From contig NC_057719.1 in assembly GCF_004010195.1 (NCBI RefSeq), positions 22,824,193 through 22,875,180 on the forward strand: a stretch of DNA of 50,988 bases. The letters run 5' to 3'. Below the pieces are notes generated by a model. It was not told the origin of the DNA. It did not search any database and was given only the letters and a program-made list of their open reading frames with translations. The position numbers and the translations under genes were made by a program. This DNA comes from Chiloscyllium plagiosum. Its lineage: Eukaryota. Positions 48,087-50,988 of this stretch are shown here, piece after piece (position 1 is the stretch's first letter; each line of letters begins with the position of its first letter).

Positions 48087-50250
48087 TTCATAGAGTCATA
48101 GAGATGTACAGCACAGAAACAAACCTTCAGTCCAACCCGTCCATACCGGCCAGATATCCCAACTCAATCTAGTCCCACCTGCCAGCATCTGGTCCATATC
48201 CCTCCAAACCCTTCCTATTCATATACCCATCCAGATGCCTTTTAAATGTTGCAATTGCACCAGCCTCCACCACTTCCTCTGGCAGGTCACTCCACACATG
48301 CACCACCCTGTGTGAGAAAAAGTTGCCCCTTAGGTCTCTTTTGTCTTTCCCCTGTCATCCTAAACCTATGCTCTTTAGTTCTAGACTCCCCCACCCCAGG
48401 GATAAGACCTTGTCTATTTATCTTATCCATGCCCCTCATGATTTTATAAACCTCTGTAAGGTCACTCCTCAGCCTTTGACGCTCCAGGGAAAACAGCCCC
48501 AGCCTATTCAACCTCTTCCTGCAGCTCAAATCCTCCAACCCTGGCAACATCCTTGTAAATCTTTCTGAACCCTTTCAAGTTTCACAACATCTTTCCAATA
48601 GGAAGGAGATCAGAATTGCATGCAATATTCCAATAGTGGCCTAACCAATATCCTGTACAGCTGCAACATTACCTTCCAACTCCTGTACTCAGTACTCTGA
48701 CCAATAAAGGAAAGCATACCAAACACCTTCTTCACTATCCTATCTACCTGCAACGAGACTTTCTAGGAGCTATGAACCTGCACTCCAAGGTCTCTTTGAT
48801 CAGCAACACTCCCTAGGACCTTACCATTAACTGTATAAGTCTTGCTAACATTTGCTTTCCCAAAATGAAGCACCGCACATTTATTGAAATTAAATTCCAT
48901 CTGCCACTTCTCAGCCCATTGGCTCATCTGATCAAGATTCCATTGTAATCCAAGGTAACCCTCTTCGCTGTCCACCACACCTCTAGTTTTGGTGTCATCT
49001 CCAAACTTACTAACTATACCTCTTATGCTCACATCCAAATCAGTAATATAAATAATGAAAAATAGTGGACCCAGCACCGATCCTTGTGGCACTCCACTGG
49101 TCACAGGCCTCCAATGTAAAAAAACAACCCTCCACTACCACTCTCTGTCTTCTACCTTTGAGTCAGTTCTGTATCCAAATGGCTCGTTCAACCTGTATTC
49201 CATGAGAGCTAACCTTGCTAATCAGTATCCCAAGGGGAATTTTGTCGAATGTCTTACTGAAGTCCATATAGCTCACAGCTACTGCTCTAAAAATTGAAGT
49301 TCTAAATTGAAGGAAGATCAACTTTGATGGTATTAGGCAAGAACTTTCAAAACCTGTTTGGGTGCCGATGTTTGCAGGTAGAAGGGAAGCCTTCAGAAAT
49401 GAGATTACGTGAGTCCAGAGACAGTATATTCCTGTTAGGGTGAAAGGAAAGGCTGGTAGGTATAGGGAATGCTGGATGCCCAAAGAAATTGAGGGTTTGA
49501 TTAAGAAAAAGAAGGAAGCATACGTCACGTATACACTGCAGAAATCAAGTGAATCCTTAGAAGAATATAAAGGCAGTAGGAGTGTACTTAAGAGGGAAAT
49601 CAGGAGGGCAAAAAGGGGACATGAGATAGCTTCAGCAAATAGAGTTAATGTGAATCCAAAGGGTTTTTACAAATACATTAAGGACAAAAGGGTAACTAGG
49701 GAGAGAGTAGGGTCCCTCAAAGATCAGCAAGGGGGCCTTTGTGTGGAGCTGCAGGAGATGGGCAAGATACGAAATTAGCATTTTACATCAGTGTTTACTG
49801 TGGAAAAGGACATGGAAGATATAGAATGTGGGGAAATTGATGGTGACATCTTGAAAAATATCCATATTACAGAGAAGGAAGTGCTGGATGTCTTGAAATG
49901 CATCAAGGTGGATAAATCCCCAGGACCTGATCAGGTGTACCCGAGAACTCTGTGGGAAGCTAAAGAAGTGATTGCTGGGCCTCTTGCTGAGATACTTGTC
50001 TCATCGATAGTCACAAGTGAGGTGCCGAAGACTGGAGGTTGGCTAACGTAGTGCCACTGTTTAAGAAGGGTGGTAAGGACAAGCCAGGCAACTATAGACC
50101 AGTGAGCCTGACGTCGATTATGGGCAATTTGTTGGAGGGAATCCTGAGGGACAGGATGTACATGTATCTGGAAAGGCAAGCACTGATTAGGGATAGTCAA
50201 CATGGCTTTGTGTGTGGGAAATCATGTCTCACAAACTTGATTGAGTTTTC
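48087..50250 (-). mobile_element. CR1 with 5' inversion (3' part minus 48087-49288; upstream part plus 49286-50250)
   Basis: Minus: SGVPQGSVLGP, GDDTK, tail. Plus: VDKSPGPD, NYRPVSLTS, SCLTNLIEF. Confidence 0.9.
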
Positions 50251-50251
50251 T

Positions 50252-50580
50252 TGAGTGAAAGAAAAGTGCAATTTTTTTTCCATGTTAACTCTGAAAAGCA
50301 ATAATAAAAATGGGATGTCATGTTACAGACACACACGGACACAAAGTTAAAGGGATAGTGTTCATAGAACATAGAACATAGAAAAATACAGCGCTGTACA
50401 GGCCCTTTGGCCCTCGTGAGTGAAAGACAAGTGCACCTCTCTTTCCACGTTAACTCTGACAAGCAATAATACAAATGGGATGTCATGTTACAGACACACA
50501 CAGACACAAAGTTAAAGGGATAGTGTTCATAGAACATAGAACATAGAAAAATACAGCGCTGTACAGGCCCTTTGGCCCTC
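50252..50580. repeat. Tandem duplication, 165-bp period
   Basis: 50252-50415 vs 50417-50580. Confidence 0.95.
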
Positions 50581-50988
50581 AATGTTGCGCCGATCCAAGC
50601 CCACCTAATCTACACTAGCCCACTATCCTCCATATGCCTATCCAATGCCCGTTTAAATGCCCATAAAGAGGGAGAGTCTACCACTGCTACTGGCAGGGCA
50701 TTCCATGAACTCACGACTCGCTGAGTAAAGAATCTACCCCTAACATCTGTCCTATACCTACCAACCCTTAATTTAAAGCTATGCCCCCTCGTAATAGCTG
50801 ACTCCATACAAGGAAAAAAGTTCTCATGGTCAACCTTATCTAAACTCCTAATCATCTTATACACCTCTATCAAGTCACCCCTAAACCTTCTTTTCTCCAA
50901 TGAAAACAACCCCAAGTGCCTCAGCCTTTCCTCATACGATCTTCCTACCATACCAGGCAACATCCCGGTAAACCTCCTCTGCACCCGT
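50528..50988 (-). mobile_element. Young CR1 3' end (runs off the window)
   Basis: ORF 50610-50984 RFFTQRVVSSWNALP; (CATAGAA)n tail. Confidence 0.93.

Overview
Eukaryotic, AT-rich, repeat-dense DNA with no recognisable intact cellular gene. The repeat content (HE1-type and Deu-type SINEs, several CR1 subfamilies, Penelope-like element termini) points to a cartilaginous fish, probably a shark (inference). Most of the window is nested transposon debris: about 15 CR1 LINE pieces, including one near-full but internally deleted 3.7 kb copy and one twin-primed 5'-inverted copy. There are also L2-like and Rex1/Babar LINE fragments, tRNA-derived SINEs, two solo LTRs and four copies of a TA-flanked pogo/Tigger-like MITE family. 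The most striking component is at least 11 short Penelope-like (PLE) insertions, most with 10-17 bp target-site duplications (TSDs). Most are fold-back structures carrying minimal hammerhead ribozyme cores (CTGA[T/A]GA-stem II-GAAAC-GTC). They include a ~210-nt tandem mini-element and two independent insertions sharing one back-to-back double-hammerhead core in opposite orientations. A few minus-strand exon-like segments may be remnants of a host gene, but this is weak. Most ORFs in the track are TE fragments or chance ORFs. All calls are by eye, without database searches.
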